Source: Phycisphaerae bacterium
GTDB lineage: Bacteria > Planctomycetota > Phycisphaerae > Sedimentisphaerales > Anaerobacaceae
Assembly: GCA_030667885.1 (NCBI GenBank)
Contig: DAOUVA010000001.1
Location: forward strand, 1 to 37,219
DNA length: 37,219 nucleotides
Direction: 5' to 3'
Below the pieces are notes generated by a model, which was not told the DNA's origin, did no database searches, and saw only the letters and a program-made list of their open reading frames with translations. The translations under genes and the position numbers were made by a program. Positions 9,124 through 17,915 of this stretch are shown in pieces. Positions within the stretch are counted from its first letter, which is position 1; each line of letters opens with the position of its first letter.

Positions 9124-9191
9124 ACAAAAAATCCAGAGCTTGTGACAACATTTTTAGTTTTACCGGTATCACTTTTAAGTATTTGTAATTG

Positions 9192-10607
9192 TTATTTATA
9201 ATCTTTTCCCTCAAGACTGTCCTGGCAGGATTTACGCCATTTAATCAACATTGATTTCATTGATTGCAGAAGCTGTGGTTTTTCGGCGGCTAAATCATTT
9301 GTCTCGCCGGGATCTTCGAGCAGGTCAAAGAGCATATAGGTCTTGCCCTTATCACTGCTGTGTATCTTGTAACGGTTGTCCGTCAGTGAAAGCTGTCTGG
9401 CGGATTCGAATCCTATCGGCATCGGACGCCTTTGCATTTTACCATTAATCAACGGCAGGAGGCTTACGCCGTCAACAGGCTCTGGCTGGCCTTTCATCTT
9501 AAATCCGAGTATATCCAGAACTGTCGGGAAATAGTCGGAGGTTGAGCATGGAATATCGGTTGTCCGCCCGGCTTTAATTCGAGCCGGCCACTCAAGCAGA
9601 CCCGGTACGCGCACGCCGCCTTCGAGCAAGCTGCGCTTGCGTCCACGGAAAGGGCCGGCAGAACCACGATAGCGACCCTTTTGGCCATCTTTTCCTTCAG
9701 GGCCGTTGTCACTGCAAAACCAAAGCATAGTATTATCAGCTATTCCAAGCTCTCTTAGCTGAGCGCGAAGCCGGCCTACCTGTTCGTCCAGAGCAGTAAT
9801 ACATCCGTAGTAGTGTTGCTCATCTTCGCTGTATTGTGAATACATCCGTCTGTATTTCGGCCCCCCAACGACCGGAGCATGTGGTGCGTGAAACCAGATA
9901 ACGGCCAGAAATGGTTTTTTATCCTTTACGGCTTTTTGGATAAAGGGAACAGCTTTATCCATAATAATTTTTGAGTCGTCTCCCTTAAGTCCTTCGGTTA
10001 TGTTTTTCCCATTGTGCCAGTAAAGCGCCCTGACGTCGTACTCCTTTTTTTTCCCGTGGAACAACACAGGATTATAAGGATCCCATGTAGCCACCGCATA
10101 CTCGGTGGAAAACCATTCATCAAATCCGCACATGGCAGGTGTCATATAGTTTTTTTCAGGTTTACGTCCCGGGCCTTTTCCTGAATAGTCCGGAAGCAGT
10201 GTACCCAAGTGCCATTTGCCGAAATGGCCTGTTGTATATCCTTGTGTTTTCAAAGCTTCCGCTAAAGTAATTTCCTTTTTGAGTATATGTCCGGTGTTTG
10301 CAGAAAAGATTCCATATCGATACGGATGCCGGCCGGTAAGACAGCTTCCACGAGTAGGGGAACATACCGGCGCACCGGAATAAAAACGCGAAAATCGCAT
10401 TCCTGCTTTGGCCATTGCATCCAAATTGCCGGTTTTGATAATCTTATTGCCATTGAATCCCGGATCACCCCAGCCCATGTCGTCCGCCATGCAAAGGATA
10501 ATGTTTGGTTTCTCTGTCTCTGTGCTTTTCGAAAAGAGAGCCTGCGGCAAACTCAAAGCTAAGGCACCTGATGCGAGAGAATGAAGGAAGTCTCTTCTGT
10601 TAACCAT
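9192..10607 (-). CDS. Formylglycine-dependent sulfatase (arylsulfatase A-like, S1 family), Tat-exported
   Basis: MVNRRDFLHSL Tat signal, PNIILCMADDMGWGD, and CSPTR motif (VCSPTRGSCLTGRHP). GAGAGGG Shine-Dalgarno upstream of the ATG. Confidence 0.92.
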   Translation of the reverse strand: MVNRRDFLHSLASGALALSLPQALFSKSTETEKPNIILCMADDMGWGDPGFNGNKIIKTGNLDAMAKAGMRFSRFYSGAPVCSPTRGSCLTGRHPYRYGIFSANTGHILKKEITLAEALKTQGYTTGHFGKWHLGTLLPDYSGKGPGRKPEKNYMTPAMCGFDEWFSTEYAVATWDPYNPVLFHGKKKEYDVRALYWHNGKNITEGLKGDDSKIIMDKAVPFIQKAVKDKKPFLAVIWFHAPHAPVVGGPKYRRMYSQYSEDEQHYYGCITALDEQVGRLRAQLRELGIADNTMLWFCSDNGPEGKDGQKGRYRGSAGPFRGRKRSLLEGGVRVPGLLEWPARIKAGRTTDIPCSTSDYFPTVLDILGFKMKGQPEPVDGVSLLPLINGKMQRRPMPIGFESARQLSLTDNRYKIHSSDKGKTYMLFDLLEDPGETNDLAAEKPQLLQSMKSMLIKWRKSCQDSLEGKDYK

Positions 10608-10746
10608 TTACTTACCCTCTCAAGCCAAATGCGGTTTTAATGTCAATACCTTAAAATTATACCATAAATCGATTTTATGGATTATAATAAAAAAAGTGAA
10701 AGACTTTGTCCAACGATTTAGTATTTCTGTTGAAGACTAAACAGCA

Positions 10747-10761
10747 CTGGTATAATACCAG
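10747..10761 (+). promoter_or_regulatory. Candidate extended -10 promoter element (TGgTATAAT) embedded in a 15-bp palindrome, upstream of the permease gene
   Basis: CTGGTATAATACCAG is a perfect palindrome (7-bp arms) containing TGgTATAAT (10748-10756). A weak -35 TTGAAG at 10730-10735 has only a 15-nt spacer. It lies about 85 nt upstream of the GTG at 10842. Confidence 0.35.
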
Positions 10762-10841
10762 ATAAGAACATGGAGTACTTATGCCTTTATAATTTATGTA
10801 GTGTTGATGGAAGATACGAGCAGTAACAGAGATATTTTAAG

Positions 10842-12716
10842 GTGATAAAGCTCAGGAAACAGCTTGGTGCACTTGATGTATTTGCGGTAGCGGCCGGGGC
10901 AATGATAAGCTCGGGCTTGTTTATTTTGCCGGCTTTAGCTTTTGCAAAGGCGGGCCCTGCTGTAATCTTATCCTATCTTTTCGCATCAATTATGATAATT
11001 CCCAGTGTCCTCAGCAAAGCCGAACTTTCCACGGCAATGCCGAGAGCGGGGGGGACGTATTTTTTTGTTGAGCGTAGTTTAGGTCCGATCTGGGGTGTGT
11101 TCAGCGGATTGGCGAGCTGGTTTTCGTTGGCTTTGAAGAGTGCTTTTGCTGTTGTTGGAATGGCTGTTCTCATTGAGATTGTAGTGCAGATGGTCTTATC
11201 CACACAGTTTGAGCCGTGGCATCTAAAGGTAATAGCGGCCTTTTGCTGCGTCGGATTTACAGTACTTAATATTGTAAGCGTAAAACTGACAAGCAGATTT
11301 CAGGTTTTTCTTGTGGGTATATTACTGGCGATACTGGCCTTTTTTGTTCTTTTTGGCAGCGGGTCTGTTGAAGCTGTTAGATTCAAGGGATTTCTGGAAA
11401 AGGGTTGGTCGGCAGTGTTTGCAACAGCGGGTCTGGTGTTTATTAGCTTTGGGGGTTTGACCAAAGTTGCCAGTATTGCCGAGGAAGTAAAACATCCCGG
11501 CAGGAACCTTCCTTTTGGAATGGTCTTGGCCTGGTTTGTGGTAACTGTGTTATATATAAGTGTAATCATAATTACGGTGGGTGTTGTGGATGGTGAGGAA
11601 CTGGCCGGTAACTTTGCGCCGATATCGCTGGCAGCCAGTAAATTTATGGGCATGCCTGGTTTTGTAATTCTTGCACTCGCTGCCGTGGCAGCTTTTGTTA
11701 CCACCGCAAATGGAGGTATCTTCGCTGCATCACGGTCACCTATGGCTATGGGCAGGGACCAATTGCTGCCGCCGCTTTTGTCTCGTGTCAGCGTAAGATT
11801 TAAGACGCCTCATATCAGCATACTGCTCACGGGCGGATTTATGATTACGGCGATTGTTTTTCTCGAACTCGAAGTATTAGTGAAAACCGCCTCGACCTTA
11901 ATGTTAATACTTTTCATTTTAGATAACGCCAGTGTGATTATAATGCGCGAGAGCAAAATACAAAGCTATCGGCCGAGGTTCAAATCACCGTTATATCCCT
12001 ATATTCACATTGCCGCCATCGTTGCTTATAGCGCCTTGATAATAGATATGGGAACTGTGCCGTTACTGATTACTGCCGGCTTTATCGGTTTGAGTGCTGC
12101 CTGGTATTGGCTTTATGTTTGCAGACGGGTCAGCAGGGCCTCTGCGGTTATGCACGTGGTAGAGCGGGTTACCAACAGAGAACTTAAAACTGTTACACTC
12201 GAGAACGAGCTTCGAGATATTCTGCTCGAAAGAGACGAGATAATCGAGGACAGATTCGATGAGCTTATAAGAGGATGTGAGGTCCTGGATATTCAGGGCA
12301 GAGAAAAAGCTGAAACAATCTTTCGGCAAATCTCAGCTATTTTGGCCAAGAGGCTGGGGACAGACGAGTACGTTCTTTTCGAGAAGTTTCTCCATCGTGA
12401 AGCCGAGGGCGGCACGGTAGTTCAGCCGGGCTTTGCCATACCACATATAGTCGTTGAAGGTGAGAATAAATTTGATATTCTGCTTGTCCGTGCCCGTGAT
12501 GGCATTCTTTTTTCTCATGCTTCGGATCCTGTCAGGATAATGTTCGTTCTGGCGGGCAGTAAAGACGAGCGTAATTATCACCTCAGAGCCCTGATGGCCA
12601 TAGCTCAGATTGCCCAGGAAAAGCAGTTCGAGCAGCGATGGTTAGCCGCAAGGGACACTCAGGGATTAAGAAACCTGATACTTCTATCGACGCGAAAAAG
12701 AGACACAAATCAGTAA
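10842..12716 (+). CDS. APC-superfamily amino acid/cation permease fused to a C-terminal PTS EIIA(Ntr/fructose)-type regulatory domain
   Basis: 624-aa ORF with an apparent GTG start. The N-terminal roughly 440 aa is polytopic and hydrophobic, with an APC-like GAMISSGLFILP motif. The C-terminal roughly 150 aa contains the EIIA type-2 signature GFAIPH (His codon 12444-12446), followed by a VLAGSKDE..HLRAL segment. Confidence 0.87.
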   Translation: MIKLRKQLGALDVFAVAAGAMISSGLFILPALAFAKAGPAVILSYLFASIMIIPSVLSKAELSTAMPRAGGTYFFVERSLGPIWGVFSGLASWFSLALKSAFAVVGMAVLIEIVVQMVLSTQFEPWHLKVIAAFCCVGFTVLNIVSVKLTSRFQVFLVGILLAILAFFVLFGSGSVEAVRFKGFLEKGWSAVFATAGLVFISFGGLTKVASIAEEVKHPGRNLPFGMVLAWFVVTVLYISVIIITVGVVDGEELAGNFAPISLAASKFMGMPGFVILALAAVAAFVTTANGGIFAASRSPMAMGRDQLLPPLLSRVSVRFKTPHISILLTGGFMITAIVFLELEVLVKTASTLMLILFILDNASVIIMRESKIQSYRPRFKSPLYPYIHIAAIVAYSALIIDMGTVPLLITAGFIGLSAAWYWLYVCRRVSRASAVMHVVERVTNRELKTVTLENELRDILLERDEIIEDRFDELIRGCEVLDIQGREKAETIFRQISAILAKRLGTDEYVLFEKFLHREAEGGTVVQPGFAIPHIVVEGENKFDILLVRARDGILFSHASDPVRIMFVLAGSKDERNYHLRALMAIAQIAQEKQFEQRWLAARDTQGLRNLILLSTRKRDTNQ

Positions 12717-12866
12717 CTTCCACACTATAATCTTACAGAATCTGCACTCTGTGAAGTCTGATGCTACAGTTTTCTTGCTATTCGTATTGAATTCAATATA
12801 CTTTTCGATAAGGCTGTTTTTTTGAAGAAGTTAAACAAGAAATCCGTAAAAAGGTACGATGATTAA

Positions 12867-14018
12867 ATGAAAATAATTGCAGATGCGAATATTCCGTTTG
12901 TAGCAGAGTGCTTTTCTTCCATCGGTGAGGTTATAACTATTGGCGGCCGAGAGATAACACAGAGTGTTGTTGCTGATGCCGATGTTCTTTTGGTTCGCAG
13001 CATTACGCAGGTTAATGCGGATTTGCTGGCCGGCAGCAAGGTGCGTTTTGTAGCTACAGCTACTATCGGTTTTGACCATGTAGATATTGATTTTCTTCAG
13101 CGGAACAATATCGGTTTTACGTCGGCGCCGGGCTCGAATGCCAATTCCGCGGCGGAATATGTTATTGCCGGACTGCTTGAAGCATGTCATAAGTGTGATA
13201 TAAGCCTTACAGGTAAATCGATAGGCATTATAGGTGTTGGCAATGTCGGAAGCAGAGTGGCGAAAAAATGTGCGGCTTTAGGGATGCAGATTTATCTGAA
13301 CGACCCGCCTTTGCAAAGACAAACAGGCCAGGGGAAATATTTGCCATTACAAGAACTTTATGATTGCGATTTTATAACGTTCCATACGCCATTAACGTTT
13401 GAGGGTATTGATAAGACGTATCATTTGGCTGACGAGGGATTTTTCAAATCTCTTAAGAAAGAATGTGTATTTGTTAATGCTTCGCGTGGTGGAGTGGTTG
13501 ACAGTGAGGTATTGAAAACGGTGATACAGTCGGGGCGATTGAAGGCTGTGGTGCTTGATGTCTGGGAGGATGAGCCGAATATCGATGCGGAACTTCTGGG
13601 AATGGTTGACATCGGGACGCCGCATATTGCCGGTTATTCGCTGGATGGCAAGATTTCCGGTATGATTATGATTTATAAGGCGGTTTGTGAACATTTTGGA
13701 CTTAGCCCCAAGTATGGTATAGAAGACTTTTTGCCTGAACCTGTTGTCCGTCAGTTAAGAATGGAATCGAGTACAGGTAATGAACAGGGGGCGTTACTTG
13801 ATGCTGTGCGGAAGATTTACGATATCAGGGAAGATGATAACCGTCTCCGCCAGATTGCTGAGAAGCCTGAAGACAAAAGGGGTGAATATTTTGATGGGTT
13901 GCGGAAGAAGTATCACATCCGCAGAGAATTTCAAAATACGAAGGTTTTTGTTGAAGACAGAAACAGCACTTTAGCTCAAAAGCTCAAAGGAATCGGATTC
14001 AAAACAAGTGAAAAGTGA
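12867..14018 (+). CDS. pdxB: 4-phosphoerythronate dehydrogenase
   Basis: Colinear resemblance to E. coli PdxB: MKI.ADANIPF N-terminus, LLVRSITQVN, ATATIGFDHVD, NAD motif GIIGVGNVG, DIGTPHIAGYS, and the C-terminal PdxB-specific domain (YDIREDD..LR..Y..RREF). Confidence 0.93.
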   Translation: MKIIADANIPFVAECFSSIGEVITIGGREITQSVVADADVLLVRSITQVNADLLAGSKVRFVATATIGFDHVDIDFLQRNNIGFTSAPGSNANSAAEYVIAGLLEACHKCDISLTGKSIGIIGVGNVGSRVAKKCAALGMQIYLNDPPLQRQTGQGKYLPLQELYDCDFITFHTPLTFEGIDKTYHLADEGFFKSLKKECVFVNASRGGVVDSEVLKTVIQSGRLKAVVLDVWEDEPNIDAELLGMVDIGTPHIAGYSLDGKISGMIMIYKAVCEHFGLSPKYGIEDFLPEPVVRQLRMESSTGNEQGALLDAVRKIYDIREDDNRLRQIAEKPEDKRGEYFDGLRKKYHIRREFQNTKVFVEDRNSTLAQKLKGIGFKTSEK

Positions 14019-14874
14019 AAACGCAAAAATGAAAAGATGTTGCGATAATGTTGTTGAGTGGCCGAGAGGGAGACTGGATTTTTCGGCGGGTTGTATAGTT
14101 ATGGGAGTTTTGAATGTTACACCGGACTCCTTCAGCGACGGCGGTCAGTTCTTCGATTTCGAAATGGCGGTTGAGCGTGGTATTCAGATGGCGACCGAAG
14201 GTGCCGCAATAATAGATGTAGGAGGCGAATCGACCCGGCCTGGTTCTGCATCCGTTTCGGATGAAGAGCAGATAGAACGCGTAGTTCCTGCGATAAAGGC
14301 GCTGTGTGAAAAGATAAGTGTGCCAATCAGCATTGATACTTGCAAGTATGAAGTTGCCAAAGCCGCCCTGGAAGCAGGGGCGGGAATGCTGAACGATATA
14401 ACTGCTTTGAGTGATGAGCGGATGGCCGAACTGGCGACAAAACACAATGTGCCGGTTGTCTTGATGCATATGCAGGGCAAGCCCTCAACAATGCAGGTAG
14501 AGCCGAAGTACGAGGATGTGGTTGGTGAGGTTGTGGAATATTTGGTAGGCCGGGCCAAGCGAGCGGGGGAGTTCGGTATTGCAAAAAATATGATTTTTAT
14601 AGACCCCGGGATCGGCTTCGGCAAGACGTTAGAGCATAACCTTTTACTCTTGAGAAATATCAATAAATTCATCGCTACCGATTATCGAGTTCTGGCAGGT
14701 ACAAGCCGGAAAAGCTTTATCGGAAAGCTTACCGGCCGAGAAAAACCATCAGAGAGAATATTCGGTACGGCCGCAACGGTTGCTCTTTGCGCCGCGGCGG
14801 GCGTTTCAATCGTACGCGTGCATGATGTAGCTGAAATGGTGGATGTGGTGAAGGTATCGAATAAGCTCAAATGA
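14008..14874 (+). CDS. folP: Dihydropteroate synthase
   Basis: GVLNVTPDSFSDGG, IIDVGGESTRPG and DPGIGFGK motifs. The track start at 14008 is a GTG overlapping pdxB by 11 nt. An ATG at 14029 (MKRCC...) is an equally plausible start. Confidence 0.93.
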   Translation: MKSENAKMKRCCDNVVEWPRGRLDFSAGCIVMGVLNVTPDSFSDGGQFFDFEMAVERGIQMATEGAAIIDVGGESTRPGSASVSDEEQIERVVPAIKALCEKISVPISIDTCKYEVAKAALEAGAGMLNDITALSDERMAELATKHNVPVVLMHMQGKPSTMQVEPKYEDVVGEVVEYLVGRAKRAGEFGIAKNMIFIDPGIGFGKTLEHNLLLLRNINKFIATDYRVLAGTSRKSFIGKLTGREKPSERIFGTAATVALCAAAGVSIVRVHDVAEMVDVVKVSNKLK

Positions 14875-14886
14875 AGGTATTATATT

Positions 14887-15411
14887 ATGGGGCATTTTGG
14901 AGATATGAAAACATTTAACTATTGTCCTTCCTGTGGGTTGGGAGGCATACTTTTCGATGGTATTAAACAATTCAATTGTAAGGATTGTTCCTTTGCTTTT
15001 TACCACAATGTAGCTGCTTCAGTTGCCGTAATATTGGAGTATAACAAGAAGATACTCTTAACCAAAAGAGGCGAAGAGCCGGGTAGGGGAAAACTGGATT
15101 TGCCGGGAGGATTTGTAGATCCGAAAGAATCCGCAGAAGATGCTGTAAAGAGGGAGATAAAAGAGGAATTAAAAATAGAGATTGGAGATCTGGAATATTT
15201 AGGCTCTTTCCCAAATATTTATGAATATAAAGATGTGGTTTATAACGTTTGTGATTTGTTTTTTTATTCGAAAATTAATACATTTCCCACCGATTTTGAC
15301 AGAGCTGAAATAGAGGAATTGATTTTGGTAAATCCTTCGGAAATTCCCATTGACAAAATGGCGTTCGAATCAACTAAGATGTGCCTGGGTCATTTTTGTA
15401 ATATTCGGTAG
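14887..15411 (+). CDS. NUDIX hydrolase with N-terminal zinc-ribbon
   Basis: Nudix box GGFVDPKESAEDAVKREIKEELKIE, and an N-terminal CPSCG...CKDC four-Cys ribbon. GAAGG Shine-Dalgarno overlaps the folP stop. Confidence 0.85.
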   Translation: MGHFGDMKTFNYCPSCGLGGILFDGIKQFNCKDCSFAFYHNVAASVAVILEYNKKILLTKRGEEPGRGKLDLPGGFVDPKESAEDAVKREIKEELKIEIGDLEYLGSFPNIYEYKDVVYNVCDLFFYSKINTFPTDFDRAEIEELILVNPSEIPIDKMAFESTKMCLGHFCNIR

Positions 15412-15470
15412 TTCTGTGTGATAAATACAGTTCAACAGGTTAACGCACACAAGGGAAAAATAGTGAACGT

Positions 15471-17915
15471 TTAGTCGGTGCCCAGCGCAAATTTGAGCGC
15501 ATCGTTGGTATTTTTAGCAAATTTGAACTGCATGTTCTTTTTGGCTTCTTTGGGAACCTCGGGGAGGTCTTTTTTGTTCCTGGCAGGGAGTATGACGGTT
15601 TTTATGCCTGCTTGTTGAGCAGCTAAGATTTTTTCTTTCAGGCCGCCAATGGGCAAGACCAGTCCACGTAAAGTTATTTCGCCCGTCATTGCTACATCCG
15701 GCCGGATTGGTTTACCGAGAAGCAGACTGACCAGTGATGTAAATATTGCTGCGCCAGCACTTGGGCCATCTTTGGGAATTGCTCCTGCGGGGACGTGAAT
15801 GTGATAATCGAACTTTTTAAATTGATCGGCGTCAATATTTAGTTTTTTGGCATTTGCTTTTACGATGGAAAAAGCGGCCTGTGCGCTTTCCTTCATAACA
15901 TCGCCGATTTGTCCCGTAAGTTGCAGCTTACCATCGCCCGGCATAGAGGCCGATTCAATAAAGAGCAGCTCGCCGCCAAAAGGTGTATAAGCCAGCGCGG
16001 TTGCGACGCCGGGTATTCCGGTTCGCAGGGCCAGTTCCGATTCGAATTGGGCAGGGCCTAAGATTTTCAACAGGTCCTTTTTGCCGATGGTTGCTCGTCT
16101 TTTTTGGGCTTTGGCAATTTTCGTGGCGACGGACCTGCAGATAGCTGCGATATTTCTTTCGAGGTTTCGGACTCCCGCCTCGCGTGTATAGCCCTGAATT
16201 ATCGCGAGAATTGCATCCTCTTTTATGGTACATCGGTTTTTGGTCAGGCCGTGCTCTTTAATCTGGCGAGGAACCAGATATTTTTTTGCGATGTTGAGTT
16301 TTTCATTTTCTGTGTAGCCGGGAAGTTCAATGACTTCCATTCTATCACGCAGTGCAGGCGGGACAGGCTCGGTATAATTTGCAGTGCCGATGAACATTAC
16401 AGTTGATAGATTAAAAGGCTGGTCGAGGTAATGGTCTGTAAAGCTGAAGTTCTGTTCAGTGTCAAGGACTTCCAGCAGCGCACTTGCAGGGTCGCCTCTG
16501 AAATCACTCCCTATTTTATCTAACTCATCGAGCATAAAAACGGGGTTTTTGCTGCCGCACTTTCGGAGTTCCTGCAGTATTCTGCCAGGTAGAGCGCCGA
16601 TGTAAGTTCTCCGATGTCCCCTGATGTCGGCTTCATCTCTTATCCCACCGAGCGATATACGAACGAATTTTCTCCCCATGGCTCTTGCGATGGATTTGCC
16701 GAGTGAAGTTTTACCTACGCCGGGCGGGCCGACAAAGCAAAGAATGGGGCTTTTGCCCGTTGGATTTAGTTTGCGAACAGCCAGGAATTCGAGGACACGT
16801 TTTTTTACCTTGCGCAGGCCAAAGTGGTCGATGTTTAATATTCGCTGTGCCTTGTTGATGTCGATCTGGTCGCTGGTTTGAATTGACCAGGGCAGTTCAC
16901 AGACCCAATCCAGATACGTGCGGATGACACTATACTCCGGTGAAGCGGGAGGTATTTTACTCAATCTTTCCAGTTCTCGAAGAGCCTCTTGTTCGACTTT
17001 TTTGGGCATTTTAGCTTTTGTGATTTTTTTATTGATTTGTTTCAGCTCGTCAGTTCTGAGGTCCTTTTGGCCAAGTTCGGTCTGAATGGCTTTCAGCTGT
17101 TCCTGAAGGTAATATTCCCGCTGGTTTTTATCTATGGATTCTCTGACCCTGCCCTGGATTTTATTGCTTAGCTCAAGCACTTCCAGTTGATTTGCTAAGA
17201 TAACGGATATTTGTTTAAGCCGTTTGGTGGCGTCAAGCTCTTCGAGCAATTGTTGTTTAGTTGGAATGTCGATACTAAGATTGGCTGCCAAAAAATCAGC
17301 TAATGCGGAAGGATTTTCGATATTTTCCAGCAGAACCGATGCTTCTTCAGGCACATTGGGGCTTAGCTCAATGACGCGGTTGGCCGCATGGCGGACGCCG
17401 ACGATGAGTGCCTGAAGATTTTTTGTCATTCTTACTTTAACATTAAGCGGCTTGATTTTGGCCTTTAAGTATGGTTTTGTGGCTACCTTTTTTATTACCT
17501 TGAAACGGCTTATTCCGTGAACCACGACGTGCATCGAACCCTGGGGGAGTTTTATGACCTTGAGAATCGAGGCGGCGGTCCCGACCGAGTAGAGCTTGTC
17601 AAAATTCGGTTTATCGGTATCAGGATTACGTTGCGTGAGCAGTCCAATGATGGATTCGTTTGGTGTGGTGTCGGCGAGCAGGGCTTTGCTTCGCTGACGA
17701 CCTATCGCCAACGGTGTTATAGTCCCGGGATAAGCAACTGCGTTTCGAATTGGCAGGATGCCGATCACATCCGGCAGTTTAAATCCGTGGCCGTCCTCGT
17801 TTAATTGAGCGTCCCCATTGTGCAGATACGTTTCAAGATGTTCGGGATCTTCTTCAATTACTTCAACAAGCCAATTGCCTCCGAGAGGTAACAAGTTTTT
17901 AAGGTCGTTTGCCAT
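15471..17915 (-). CDS. lon: ATP-dependent Lon protease (LonA)
   Basis: 814 aa. It has a LON N-domain (ILPIRNAVAYPG), AAA+ Walker A GPPGVGKTS, Walker B FMLDELDK, and an S16 protease domain with PKDGPSAG. Confidence 0.96.
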   Translation of the reverse strand: MANDLKNLLPLGGNWLVEVIEEDPEHLETYLHNGDAQLNEDGHGFKLPDVIGILPIRNAVAYPGTITPLAIGRQRSKALLADTTPNESIIGLLTQRNPDTDKPNFDKLYSVGTAASILKVIKLPQGSMHVVVHGISRFKVIKKVATKPYLKAKIKPLNVKVRMTKNLQALIVGVRHAANRVIELSPNVPEEASVLLENIENPSALADFLAANLSIDIPTKQQLLEELDATKRLKQISVILANQLEVLELSNKIQGRVRESIDKNQREYYLQEQLKAIQTELGQKDLRTDELKQINKKITKAKMPKKVEQEALRELERLSKIPPASPEYSVIRTYLDWVCELPWSIQTSDQIDINKAQRILNIDHFGLRKVKKRVLEFLAVRKLNPTGKSPILCFVGPPGVGKTSLGKSIARAMGRKFVRISLGGIRDEADIRGHRRTYIGALPGRILQELRKCGSKNPVFMLDELDKIGSDFRGDPASALLEVLDTEQNFSFTDHYLDQPFNLSTVMFIGTANYTEPVPPALRDRMEVIELPGYTENEKLNIAKKYLVPRQIKEHGLTKNRCTIKEDAILAIIQGYTREAGVRNLERNIAAICRSVATKIAKAQKRRATIGKKDLLKILGPAQFESELALRTGIPGVATALAYTPFGGELLFIESASMPGDGKLQLTGQIGDVMKESAQAAFSIVKANAKKLNIDADQFKKFDYHIHVPAGAIPKDGPSAGAAIFTSLVSLLLGKPIRPDVAMTGEITLRGLVLPIGGLKEKILAAQQAGIKTVILPARNKKDLPEVPKEAKKNMQFKFAKNTNDALKFALGTD

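Noticed and set aside
10842-12716. The EIIA domain as evidence of a sugar PTS locus.
   Set aside because: No EIIB, EIIC, EI or HPr genes are present in the window. The domain is fused to an APC-type permease, so a regulatory (nitrogen-PTS-like) role is more plausible than sugar phosphotransfer.
15471-17915. Lon protease as a possible defence-system component (for example a BrxL-like Lon of BREX).
   Set aside because: It has the full canonical LonA architecture (LON N-domain, AAA+, S16 protease). No methyltransferase, PglZ, BrxA/B/C or other defence genes are adjacent. It is a housekeeping lon.
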